A stretch of 64,000 nucleotides of DNA, from contig CAWGYD010000004.1 of the NCBI GenBank assembly GCA_963826785.1, positions 256,001 to 320,000 on the forward strand, written 5' to 3'. The stretch comes from an uncultured delta proteobacterium (lineage in GTDB: Bacteria > Desulfobacterota > Desulfobacteria > Desulfobacterales > Desulfosalsimonadaceae). The notes beneath the pieces were generated by a model. The model made no database searches, was not told where the DNA came from, and saw nothing but the letters and a program-made list of their open reading frames with translations. The position numbers and the translations under genes were made by a program. Of the stretch, positions 48,848-58,491 are shown in pieces; positions within the stretch are counted from its first letter, which is position 1; each line of letters starts with the position of its first letter.

Positions 48848-50592
48848 TCACCCTTTTTCCTTGAAAATCCGAAGCGTTCGCATCCGGTTCATGGCCGCGG
48901 CCAGATCCAGGCCCCTGAACTGGGCGAGTTCGCCCATGATATAGGGGGCGATCACGTCCAGACCCTGTTCGCAGATGTCGGAGGACACGGCATTGACCAC
49001 TTCCGCCAGTGTCCGGCCCCCGTCCATGTAGCGGACTGCATACCATAGGGCATACCCGATGGCGCCGGTCTGGCAGGAATCCACGATCTGCTCCACATCC
49101 GAAAGATCGATGACACTGTTTCCGAATACGATCTCATGTCTGCCCCTGTCTGAAATCCTGATTTTGCCGGGGATTGCATATGGATTAATGCCGTCTGCCG
49201 CCGGGATCCGTTTCCGGATGCCGCCGAAACGGCCGCGCCCTTCCCGCATCCTGGGTGCTGAATCGGATGCGGCGATTTCATGGGCCCGGGCCGTCACGTC
49301 TTCCGGCTGGTAGGCATTCATGGCGATCACCTGGTCGGCCACGCTGAAGTAATCGCCGGAACCGCCCATTACCAGAATGGTGGAGATATTTTTGGCTTCG
49401 TGGATCTGTTTGACCGTATCGATAAATGGGGTGATGGGTTCCAGATCCTTTGCGATCAGCTGCTGCATCCGGCGGTCCCGGATCATGAAATTGGTGGCGG
49501 ACGTGTCTTCATCCAGCAGCAGGACCGTGGCCCCGGCTTCGACAGCCTCGGCGATACCGGCGGCCTGGGAAGTGCTTCCGCTGGCATTGGCGGTGGAAAA
49601 GGCGGTCGTGTCCTGTTGGAAGGGCAGATGGTTGATGAAGGCGGATATGTCGGTTTTTTCGATGTTTCTGCCGTCGCAGGCGCGGATTTTCATGGTGGCT
49701 GCCGGGCAGACCACCATCTCCCTACCGTCTCCCGGAATGTGGTTGTAGATGCCCAGTTCCAGGGCGGAAAGCAGGGTGGATTTTCCGTGAAACCCCCCCC
49801 GGTGATCAGGGTCACGCCGCACGGGATGCCCATACCGGCAATTTGCCCCCGATTCGGCAGATCCAGCGTGACTTTAAACTTTTCGGGTGAAATAAAGGGG
49901 ACCACGTTGTCATCCGGCAGCGGTCTCGGATCGATGCCGCTGGCCCGGGGCAGGCGGCTGCCGTCGGCCACAAACCCGGCAAGTCCCGTTTCTTCAAGCA
50001 GGGCGCGCGCGGCTTCGGCATCTTCGGCGGTTTCGATATGGCGGTAAAGGGTTTTTTCGTCTTCCGGGGCGAAATAGAGCGCGTGGTCGACAATTGCGGG
50101 CAGTTCGTCGAAGAACATGGCCATGGCATCGGTCCCGGAAATTTTCCGGAACAGGGCGGGCAGGGCCATGCGGAACCGGGCCTCCACCCGGTCTTCGTCG
50201 ATGATCATGGCGCTGCGGGCAAGGATTTCCTGGCCGGGCGCGGCGATGGTGATCAGGCCGCTCTTGCCGGTCCCCCGGCGCCCGGGTGAACACCATTTCC
50301 GGCAGCCGTGGTAAAACCGGCGGGTCAGATAGTCGCACAGGGCGGTGCGGCGGCTGATGGACCGGGTCATATCGGATGTGAAACCGGATCGTTTCCGGTC
50401 CACCCGGACCCGCATCCGGCTGGGCCGGGCATAGGGGTCGCCCTGGACGTGGTCGATGTGGAGAAAAAAACGGGCAAACCGGTATGCCCCGGCAATATCC
50501 GCGTACGCCTTATACTGTCTGCCGTCGATCCGGGCGAGGATATCTCGAAGATCCTCATGTGAATCCAAATTGTTATCGGGTTTGACGGGCAA
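48848..50592 (-). CDS. Predicted ABC-class ATPase (COG3044-like), frameshifted at the 8-nt run 49793-49800
   Basis: N-part IDHVQGDPYA.PS, G.GKSG, LPRASG; C-part HGKSTLL, GIYNHIPGDGRE, ASGSTSQA, LLDEDTSATNFMIRD. The Walker A GGGFHGKST is restored by adding one base. Confidence 0.85.
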
Positions 50593-50704
50593 GGGGGATG
50601 ACCTCCTGAAGTCTGCATCAACAGTTCATCCGCATTTTCGGCCTGTCAAATTGAAAAGGGCGGTGCGCAAAAATACTGGCAGCGGACTGCTGAAGCGGGT
50701 GCCT

Positions 50705-51196
50705 TCAGTTGACGTCGGATTTCACCTGGGTGATATAGGTTTTCATCAGCTCTTTGCAGCGGGGATTTTCATTGATCAGGGGAAACAGCTCGGTCAATTC
50801 CCGGCGGGCATGGTCTTTTAAATCATCGAAGAAAAGGCTTAATTTTTTCAACATGGGGGAGTCGAGACCGGATACGGCTCTGGCGTCCGTGGCCGCGATG
50901 ATCCGCTTCAGCCGGATCTCCAGGGCGCCATGGTCTTTTTGGAGGGACATGACCATCAAAAGGGTGTCATAATCGGGTGCGCCGACGGCGGCGGCGGGAA
51001 AAAAAATGAGCTCCTCCATCTGAAAATGGCGGATCAGGTCTTTTTTAAGGAAAGACAGGAAATCATGCAGCTCTTCGACAAAGCGTTCATCCCGTTCATT
51101 GATCTTTTTGTTGAATTTTACCACATAATCCGTGATGATGTGATGCTCCTGGGCGAGCCTGGCCACTACATTGTTGATGTCGTGCAGTTCAGTCAT
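50705..51196 (-). CDS. Hemerythrin/HHE domain protein
   Basis: L..EH, HFQMEE..FP, DH, DHARRE...LFP. Confidence 0.78.
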   Translation of the reverse strand: MTELHDINNVVARLAQEHHIITDYVVKFNKKINERDERFVEELHDFLSFLKKDLIRHFQMEELIFFPAAAVGAPDYDTLLMVMSLQKDHGALEIRLKRIIAATDARAVSGLDSPMLKKLSLFFDDLKDHARRELTELFPLINENPRCKELMKTYITQVKSDVN

Positions 51197-51312
51197 GTGT
51201 CACCTTGATGATGCTGTGGGAAAAAGTTCAACGGCTCCGTTGAGGTAAACGGGCAGAGCATAACATAGATGCGGAGGGATGAAAAGATGTAAACGGGGCC
51301 GGCGAAATCGGC

Positions 51313-51744
51313 TCAGGCCACCTGGCGGGCCATCATCTCCTTGATGGTGTCGATCATCACCGGTTTGAGCTGGCGCCATTTGGGATTAATGGCTTTTCCC
51401 TTGAACCAGGTGAAGTCGACGGAAACAAACTGTTCGGGGATAACGTGCTCTGAAAGCGATCCGTATGTGATCAGCGGATAATATTCCACCCAGAGCATCC
51501 GGTTGGGATCGATGGCAAAATCCTGGATCACCTTGGACGCGATATGCCCTGCGCAGCTTCGCACGGACATTTTGCTTTCGGCAACATCTGATACAATGGC
51601 CACATAGGGGCGCAGGAAAAAAACGGAATTTTTCGCGTCCCCGGACCGGTCAAAAAGAAGAAGCCGGCATTTTCCGGCCGCCAGGCGCAGCTTTCCGCCC
51701 CATCCCTCCCAGGAATATATGGAGTCATAAATCACGCGCATCAT
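51313..51744 (-). CDS. Hypothetical protein
   Basis: 143-aa ORF filling the gap, protein-like composition. Confidence 0.65.
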   Translation of the reverse strand: MMRVIYDSIYSWEGWGGKLRLAAGKCRLLLFDRSGDAKNSVFFLRPYVAIVSDVAESKMSVRSCAGHIASKVIQDFAIDPNRMLWVEYYPLITYGSLSEHVIPEQFVSVDFTWFKGKAINPKWRQLKPVMIDTIKEMMARQVA

Positions 51745-51936
51745 TCGATTCCGTCGAAATTGATCCTTAAGATTATATCCATTAATCTAATGATAATTGT
51801 CCGGCCGGTCAAGATGTAACCGGTGCGGATCTTGGGTTTTGGATGATGTGCTGCGCGGCACAGGCGCTGCGGTGAAAATAAATAGACAGGAAAACCGCCC
51901 GGGGCGGATATCCTGAAAAAAAGGAAATTATCAGCC

Positions 51937-53112
51937 ATGAACCAGGAAAATTCATCGGAGTCGGTGCGCTTCATCGACATCGATGACAAGAAGATCATTC
52001 TCGTCGGAACCGCCCATGTCTCCCGGCAGAGCGCGGATCTGGTCAAATCGGTCATAGAAGAACAGCAGCCGGAGACCGTCTGCGTGGAACTGTGCGCCTC
52101 CCGGTACCAGTCCATCCGGAACAAGGACCAGTGGCAGAATATGGACATCATCAAGGTCATCAAGGAGAAAAAATCGTTTCTGCTGCTGGCCAACCTCATG
52201 CTCTCCTCATTTCAGAAGCGCATCGGCGAAAAATTCGACATCAAGCCGGGGGCGGAGATGATCCAGGCCATGGATGCCGCGGAGGCGGCCGGCGCCGAAC
52301 TGTGCCTGGCGGACCGGGACATCACCGTCACCCTGTCGAGGACCTGGCGCAGCACCGGGTTTTTTGCGAAGATGAAGCTCCTGTTCCAGCTGGTGCTCTC
52401 CATGGGGCAGGTGGATGAGATCGAGGAAAAGGACATCGAACAGATGAAGCAGGAGGATATCCTCGAGTCCATCCTGTCGGAAGTGGAAAAAACCCATCCC
52501 TCGCTTCGTAAAATCCTGATCGACGAGCGGGACCAGTACCTGGCCCACAAGATCCGCACCGCCCCGGGAAAGAAGATCGTGGCGGTGGTGGGGGCAGGGC
52601 ACGTCCCGGGAATATTGAAGTATATAGATAAAGATATCGACATTAAACCCCTTGAGCAACTGCCGCCTAAAGGCCGGGCCGCCGGGCTGCTCAAATGGAT
52701 CATTCCGGCAGCCATCGTGGCGCTTTTGGGAGCGGGATTTTATTACGGCGGAGCGAAGGCCGGCAAGGACATGATCGTGTGGTGGATCGCCGCCAACGGG
52801 ATTTTCGCCGGGATCGGGGCCGTCATCGCCTGGGGCCATCCCCTGACCATCCTGACGGCGGTGTTTGCCGCGCCGATCACCTCCTTAAACCCCATGATCG
52901 CCGCCGGATGGGTTTCCGGGCTGGTGGAGGCGTTCGCCCGCAAGCCCAAGGTGAGGGACCTGGAGCACCTGCCCGAGGATATCCTGTCCGTTCGAGGCTT
53001 CTGGAGCAACAAGGTGACCCGGATTCTGCTGGTGGTGGTCTTCACCAACCTGGGCAGCTCGGTGGGCACCTTTGTGGCGGTGCCGCTGATGGTGAAGGTG
53101 CTGGGCACATAA
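51937..53112 (+). CDS. TraB/GumN family (pheromone-shutdown TraB-like) protein
   Basis: LVGTAHVS, VCVELC..R, PGAEM, LADRDI, LIDERD, VVGAGHVPG, C-terminal TMs. Confidence 0.92.
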   Translation: MNQENSSESVRFIDIDDKKIILVGTAHVSRQSADLVKSVIEEQQPETVCVELCASRYQSIRNKDQWQNMDIIKVIKEKKSFLLLANLMLSSFQKRIGEKFDIKPGAEMIQAMDAAEAAGAELCLADRDITVTLSRTWRSTGFFAKMKLLFQLVLSMGQVDEIEEKDIEQMKQEDILESILSEVEKTHPSLRKILIDERDQYLAHKIRTAPGKKIVAVVGAGHVPGILKYIDKDIDIKPLEQLPPKGRAAGLLKWIIPAAIVALLGAGFYYGGAKAGKDMIVWWIAANGIFAGIGAVIAWGHPLTILTAVFAAPITSLNPMIAAGWVSGLVEAFARKPKVRDLEHLPEDILSVRGFWSNKVTRILLVVVFTNLGSSVGTFVAVPLMVKVLGT

Positions 53113-53165
53113 TGCTGCGGAACAAAGGATGATGCGTGCGGCGGCTGGCAGGAGAAAAATCTTGT

Positions 53166-53801
53166 TCAAGCGCTCTCATCAAACCACCTGCGGGCTATTT
53201 TTCGCTGGCGGAAAGAATCCATTTGATCTGTATTCATTATTTCCGGATGAACCGCGGTCCTGCCGCCGTCTCGTCGTATTATAAAACCACGGCGGGCAGC
53301 CACCGGCTTGGATTCTGCACCGGAAAAAAAGATCACCCTGATTTCGAGCCGGGTAATCTTCTCTTCGGTTTGTTCGGTGCCTTCATCGGCCTGAACTGAC
53401 TGCGCTGCCTTTGAAACCAGGTCTTTGAATGTCCCCAGAAGGGTGAAGGCACCGGATTCCAACGGCCCCTGTTTCAGCAGATATTTGAGCTTCTGCCCTG
53501 CATAATCATCGGAGGAAAAGCGACGATAATCTGTTATCCTGAATTGTACTTTATTTTGGGGCGTTTCAGCAATTACATAGATGCTGGAAATATTGATGAT
53601 GTGCTGGCTCATGTTGATGACCAGGCAGACCGAATCCAAGTCATTATCGGGGGACTGCTGGATCATGATCCTCGGGTAATGCCTGCTTTTAAAATCCCGG
53701 TAAAATATATGCGCATAAAAAACCCACACAAACACCAGGATCAGGCTCCCTGCCGCATAAAGCTGAGCCCCGTTTTTCCATACCCATCCGATGATATCCA
53801 T
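53166..53801 (-). CDS. Hypothetical membrane-anchored protein
   Basis: N-terminal TM (LILVFVWVFYAHIFY); visibly more AT-rich than its neighbours. Confidence 0.65.
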   Translation of the reverse strand: MDIIGWVWKNGAQLYAAGSLILVFVWVFYAHIFYRDFKSRHYPRIMIQQSPDNDLDSVCLVINMSQHIINISSIYVIAETPQNKVQFRITDYRRFSSDDYAGQKLKYLLKQGPLESGAFTLLGTFKDLVSKAAQSVQADEGTEQTEEKITRLEIRVIFFSGAESKPVAARRGFIIRRDGGRTAVHPEIMNTDQMDSFRQRKIARRWFDESA

Positions 53802-53924
53802 TTTCTCACTGATCTGCCCTGTGCAGGAATCGTTGAAAAGCCCGGCCAATCCAACCTGAAAAATAAAGAGCCCCTTCGCCAGCGTCAGAAACGAGGGCGT
53901 TAAAGTCCCGGCAAGGGCATTTCC

Positions 53925-53970
53925 GGATGCATGCCTTCGCAGGCATGACGTGAAAATGGCTTTTTACGAG
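53925..53970. repeat. Palindromic intergenic repeat (REP-like), copy B
   Basis: GGATGCATGCCTTCGCAGGCATGACGTGAAAATGGCTTTTTACGAG closely matches 40105-40151. Confidence 0.7.
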
Positions 53971-54291
53971 ACCGCCACAATACCGGGTTACGATCAACGC
54001 ATCTTAGCATGTGGCCCCGAGTGCCGGTATAGAATGCGCACTTTATTTAAATGCTTGATGATCGGTATTCTGCGTTTCAACTGAAAGTAGACGTGCCGGG
54101 AATCCGGACTTCAAAGATTTTGAAAATCCAGGGGCAGATACGGGTAATTGTTCAATCAACGAGGATTCTTATCCGGCGGCGGCGATACATTAATGCAGAC
54201 CTTTCCCCCATTTTGCTGATCTGCTTTGCTGTGAATAAATTGGAATTACACTTGGGCATGGTTAAATTGCTGATGTCGGGAATACGCATAT

Positions 54292-54450
54292 CTGGTTATC
54301 CCGAAAAATCCAGTAATCGTTTTTCTTCCCCCTTTTGAAAAGGCGGGCGGGGGGGATTTCTCCTAGGAGGCGCCAAATCCCCCTAAATCCCCCTTTTTCA
54401 AAGGGGGACTTTGAATCCGGAAATCTAACTGGAGTATTCCGGATACCCAG
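54292..54450 (+). mobile_element. MITE-like element, copy 1 (159 bp)
   Basis: Ends CTGGTTATCC...GGATACCCAG; flanks ATACGCATAT / AAACGCAGAT (8/10); near-identical to 58306-58465. Confidence 0.78.
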
Positions 54451-54478
54451 AAACGCAGATGTTTTGAAACGCCAATAA

Positions 54479-55888
54479 ATGAGCCCGAGAGTGGAAAGAC
54501 TCTACGCAGAACAAATCAAACAGCTTTACAAGCAAATACCCATCGGATTAACCGCCACGGTGGTCAATTCCCTTGTTCTGGTTATCCTTTTATGGAACGT
54601 CATTTCCTCCACAGTCCTGTCCGTCTGGTTTGCTGCAAGCGTTATTCTGGCGGCTTTAAGATACCTGTCTTTTCTGAAATTTACGCGCCTGGTGCGGTCG
54701 GCACAACAACCAGCCGAATTTCGGAAATATGAAATCGGGTTCAACCTCGGGATCGCTTTATCCGGCATCATATGGGGTTCGGCCGGTATTTTTCTGTTTC
54801 CGGCAAACAGCTTGCCCCACCAGGTCCTCATTGCATTCGTAACGGGCGGAATGGTTGCCGGGGCAGCGGGGACCTTTTCAATCATAATGAACGCTTTTCT
54901 GGCGTTCAGTCTGCCGGCGCTGTTGCCTGTGATCATACGGTTTTTTCTGGTAGGAGACCCTGTCCGGATTGGCATGGGGTGCATGACCCTGCTGTTTGGC
55001 GGCCTGATGTATTTGACCGCCAAACGGGTGCACCAGGCGGTCGTACTCGCATTAACACTGCAATTTGAAAACAGCGATCTCATCGAAAGACTGGAAGACC
55101 GTGTAAAACAGCGGACTGCGGAATTGGCAGCCGCCAACGAAGCCACGCAACGGTTGAATGAGAACCTGGAACTGCGGGTGATCGAGCGCACCCAGCTGGC
55201 GGAGCAACGGGCAAAGCAGCTTCGGGGCCTGATGGCGGAGCTGACGCTTGCCGAGCATCAAGAGCGGCGGCGTTTGGCGGGGATTCTTCACGATCACCTG
55301 CAGCAGTTTCTGGTTGCAGCAAAAATGAAGGGTGAAATCCTGTGCGGGCAAATCAGGGCGGACCAGAAACCGCCGGTTGAAAATATTCTTAATCTCATCA
55401 CCCAGTCACTCTCGGTTTCGCGGTCGTTGACCGCTGAACTCTCTCCCCCGGTTCTGCAAAACGGCAGCCTTTCCGCTGCACTGGAATGGCTTGCCGAATG
55501 GATGCGGGAAAATCATGAGCTTGCGGTTGAACTGCAGACAGATCCCGATGTCGATCCGAAACGAAAAGACATCACGATTCTATTGTTTCAATCCGCCCGT
55601 GAACTGCTCTTCAATGTGGTCAAACATGCGGGCGTGCGATCCGCTCGGGTTGCCATGAACAGCCATGAAGGCGGCCTGTTCAGCTTGACAGTCAGTGATC
55701 GGGGAATGGGATTTAATCCGGAAACCCTTTGGGAAAAACCGGGCAGCGGACTCGGGCTCTTAAGCATCCGTGAGCGGCTGACACTGCTGGGCGGAAGCAT
55801 CAGGATAGAAAGTTCGCCGGGAAAAGGCGCCACTTTCACGCTGATGGTTCCAAGGAAAATGCAGGAAGAAGAACCAGGGGAGACTTAG
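54479..55888 (+). CDS. Membrane sensor histidine kinase (HisKA_3/NarX type)
   Basis: About 6 TM, coiled coil, ERRRLAGILHDHLQQ H-box, ELLFNVVKHA, DRGMGF, GLGL.SIRER, GAT. Confidence 0.9.
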   Translation: MSPRVERLYAEQIKQLYKQIPIGLTATVVNSLVLVILLWNVISSTVLSVWFAASVILAALRYLSFLKFTRLVRSAQQPAEFRKYEIGFNLGIALSGIIWGSAGIFLFPANSLPHQVLIAFVTGGMVAGAAGTFSIIMNAFLAFSLPALLPVIIRFFLVGDPVRIGMGCMTLLFGGLMYLTAKRVHQAVVLALTLQFENSDLIERLEDRVKQRTAELAAANEATQRLNENLELRVIERTQLAEQRAKQLRGLMAELTLAEHQERRRLAGILHDHLQQFLVAAKMKGEILCGQIRADQKPPVENILNLITQSLSVSRSLTAELSPPVLQNGSLSAALEWLAEWMRENHELAVELQTDPDVDPKRKDITILLFQSARELLFNVVKHAGVRSARVAMNSHEGGLFSLTVSDRGMGFNPETLWEKPGSGLGLLSIRERLTLLGGSIRIESSPGKGATFTLMVPRKMQEEEPGET

Positions 55889-55994
55889 GGGGATCACTTC
55901 ATCATTTAGGCTATGAAAGCAAGCCCCGGCCATTGCCACGTGAATCGATCCGATTCAGGTAAAATCTCCTCTCCGGCCGCAACTTACCGCAAAT

Positions 55995-56795
55995 TTACCC
56001 ACCCGGCTGTCCGATTTTCACCACCGTTCGTTCCATAATCTTTCCTGAATCCGTGGTGAAGGTCATCTTCACCGTGTGGAGCCGGCCTTCGGCAAACAGG
56101 CGGACGCATTCGGGATAGAGTTCCCATTCCAGGGCGAGGCCTTTTTTCCGGATGGTGTCGATGGTGTCGTCTTCTTCGATGGAAAAGCATTTCTGTCCGA
56201 TGATGGGGCCCGAATCCTCTCCGTAGTCGATGAAATGGACCGTGCACCCCCCCACCTTGCACCCGTATCGAAAAGTGTCGCCGTAGCCGTCGACCCCGGG
56301 AAAGGCCGGAAGCAGGGCCGGATGGATGTTCATGATCCTGGGCCGATTGGGCGCGGTATTGACCCGGTCGATGAAATAGGGGGTGAGGTTGCGCATGAAC
56401 CCGGCCAGGACCAGCAGGTCAAACGGAAACGGGGCCATTTCTTTCAGGAGCGCGGCCTCGGCAATGGCCCGGGAGCACAAAAAGGCATCCACCTTTTCCC
56501 GGTTTGCATCGGGTGCGAAAAAAGACTGCTTGGAGCGGATATCGGCAAGATCAAAATCGTCAGGCAGTTTCGCCTTGTCCGGACTGCTCTTGAAATCGGC
56601 GATCATCCCGGCATAATTTACCACGAATGCCGGGATTTTCTTCTCCCTTGCCTTTAAAAGCCCCCTGGCGCCGGGATTGTCCGATCCCACGAACACCACG
56701 TCCGCTTCGATCTTTCCTTCTTCACACGCCCGGGCGATGGCCTCGAAATTGGTGCCCGTGCCGCTGATCAGTGCGCCGATGCGGATGCGTCCCAT
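55995..56795 (-). CDS. purN: Phosphoribosylglycinamide formyltransferase
   Basis: ALISGTGTNF, LVLAGFMR, MNIHPALLPAFPG, GCTVHF, DSGPII.Q. Confidence 0.92.
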   Translation of the reverse strand: MGRIRIGALISGTGTNFEAIARACEEGKIEADVVFVGSDNPGARGLLKAREKKIPAFVVNYAGMIADFKSSPDKAKLPDDFDLADIRSKQSFFAPDANREKVDAFLCSRAIAEAALLKEMAPFPFDLLVLAGFMRNLTPYFIDRVNTAPNRPRIMNIHPALLPAFPGVDGYGDTFRYGCKVGGCTVHFIDYGEDSGPIIGQKCFSIEEDDTIDTIRKKGLALEWELYPECVRLFAEGRLHTVKMTFTTDSGKIMERTVVKIGQPGG

Positions 56796-56812
56796 GGAAA
56801 AGAATCTCCGCC

Positions 56813-58196
56813 TCAGTTGGTCCTGGATTGATAGGGATATACCTTCCCCGGATCGTTGAAATACTCCCGGGTGGTCCGGATCACGACGGGGCTTAAGAGT
56901 ATCAGCCCCACCAGGTTGGGCCAGGCCATCAATGCGTTGAAGATATCGGAGATGACCCATACCCGTTTTAAGGTGATGGATGCGCCCACCGGCAGCAGCA
57001 GGCAGTACAGGATCCGGTAGGGGAGGACCAGCTTCTGGCCGAACAGGTAGTCGATGCAGCGGTCCCCGTAATAGGACCAGCTGATGGCGGTGGAAAAGGC
57101 GAAGATGATCAGGCCGAAGGAGACGATGTAGTCCCCGGGGCCGGGAAGGCCCATGTTGAAGGCCCTGGCCGTGAGCACCGCGCCCGTCAATGCTTTTCCC
57201 GCCTCGTCGATCTGCAGGTGGGCGTTGGTGGTGAGGATGACCAGCGCGGTCATGGTGCAGACCACGATGGTGTCGATGAAGGGGCCAAGCATGGCCACCA
57301 GCCCTTCCCGCACCGGCTCTTCGGTCTGGGCCGCGCCGTGGGCGATGGGGGCGCTCCCCAGCCCCGCCTCATTGGAGAACAGGCCCCGGGCCACACCGGA
57401 CTGGATGACGAAGGCCAGGGTCGCGCCGGTAAACCCGCCGGCGGCCGCGCTGCCGGTGAAGGCATCGTGAAAGATCTGGGCAAATGCCGCCGGAATCCCG
57501 TGGAAATTGGCCAGGATCACCCACAGCGCCCCCAGCACGTAGAAGACGCACATGAACGGCACCAGCCGGCTGGCCACCTGGCCGATCCGCTTGATGCCGC
57601 CCTACGATGACGGCAAACACCAGCACCCCGATGACTATGCCCGTGACCAGTTTGGGGATGCCGAAGGAGTGCAGCACCGGCTCGGCCACGGAATTGGCCT
57701 GCACCATGTTGCCGATCCCGAAAGAGGCGATGGCGGCAAATACCGCAAACAGAACCCCCAGCCATTTCTGGCCCAGCCCCTTTTCCAGGTAGTACATGGG
57801 ACCGGCGCCCACGGTGCCGTCTTCATGGATGGTGCGGTAGTGCAGGGAGAGCAGGCATTCGGCATATTTGAGTCCCATGCCGAAGATGGCGGTCACCCAC
57901 ATCCAGAATACCGCGCCGGGGCCGCCCATGGCGATGGCCACCCCGACCCCGGCGATGTTTCCCGTGCCGATGGTGGCGGACAGGGCCGCGCTCAGGGCTT
58001 GGAAATGGGTGATTTCCCCTTTGTCATCGGGATTGTCGAATTTCCCGGAGATGATCAGCCAGGCGTACCCGAACTTGCGGATCTGCACCGCCCGGAACAG
58101 TATGGCCATGAGAATGCCGGTTCCCACCAGGAGCACGATGGTGACCGGGCCCCACACGAATCCGTTGATGCTGCTTAAAATCTGGTCAATCGGCAT
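56813..58196 (-). CDS. Sodium:alanine/glycine symporter (AGCS); one extra base at 57600-57602
   Basis: FQAL..ALSATIGTGNIAGV, GGPGAVFWMW, RGLFSNEAGLGSAP, FIDT.VVCTMT; the two ORFs join as IVGGIKRIGQVASRLVP. Confidence 0.9.
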
Positions 58197-58305
58197 ACAC
58201 TCTCCTTCATCAAGGGGTGATCATTTTCTGCTCATGCGTTCCATTTCTGCCGTGAAAGGCCAAGACCCGCGCAAAAACACGGTTGGGATGCCACTATATT
58301 TCAAT

Positions 58306-58465
58306 CTGGTTATCCCGAAAAATCCAGTAATCGTTTTTCTCCCCCCTTTTGAAAAGGGGGGCTGGGGGGGATTTCTCCCGGGAGGCGCCAAATCCCCCTA
58401 AATCCCCCTTTTTCAAAGGGGGACTTTGAATCCGGAATTCTAACTGGAGTATTCCGGATAACCAG
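58306..58465 (+). mobile_element. MITE-like element, copy 2 (160 bp)
   Basis: Perfect 10-bp terminal IR CTGGTTATCC/GGATAACCAG (20/23 when extended); perfect 10-bp direct repeat ATATTTCAAT at 58296-58305 and 58466-58475. Confidence 0.85.
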
Positions 58466-58491
58466 ATATTTCAATTGCATTGCGGATCGGG

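Noticed and set aside
51937..53112. TraB as evidence of a conjugative element
   Set aside because: The motifs are those of the TraB/GumN family; there are no T4SS, relaxase or integrase genes.
54051..54338. 95-aa ORF on the + strand
   Set aside because: No RBS or motifs, and it runs into the MITE; likely spurious.
58197..58300. Glycine riboswitch upstream of the AGCS symporter
   Set aside because: The space between gene and MITE is short and I could not identify the aptamer consensus.
54292..58465. Composite transposon carrying kinase-purN-symporter between the two MITE copies
   Set aside because: Each copy has its own distinct target duplication and the cargo includes housekeeping purN, which indicates independent insertions.
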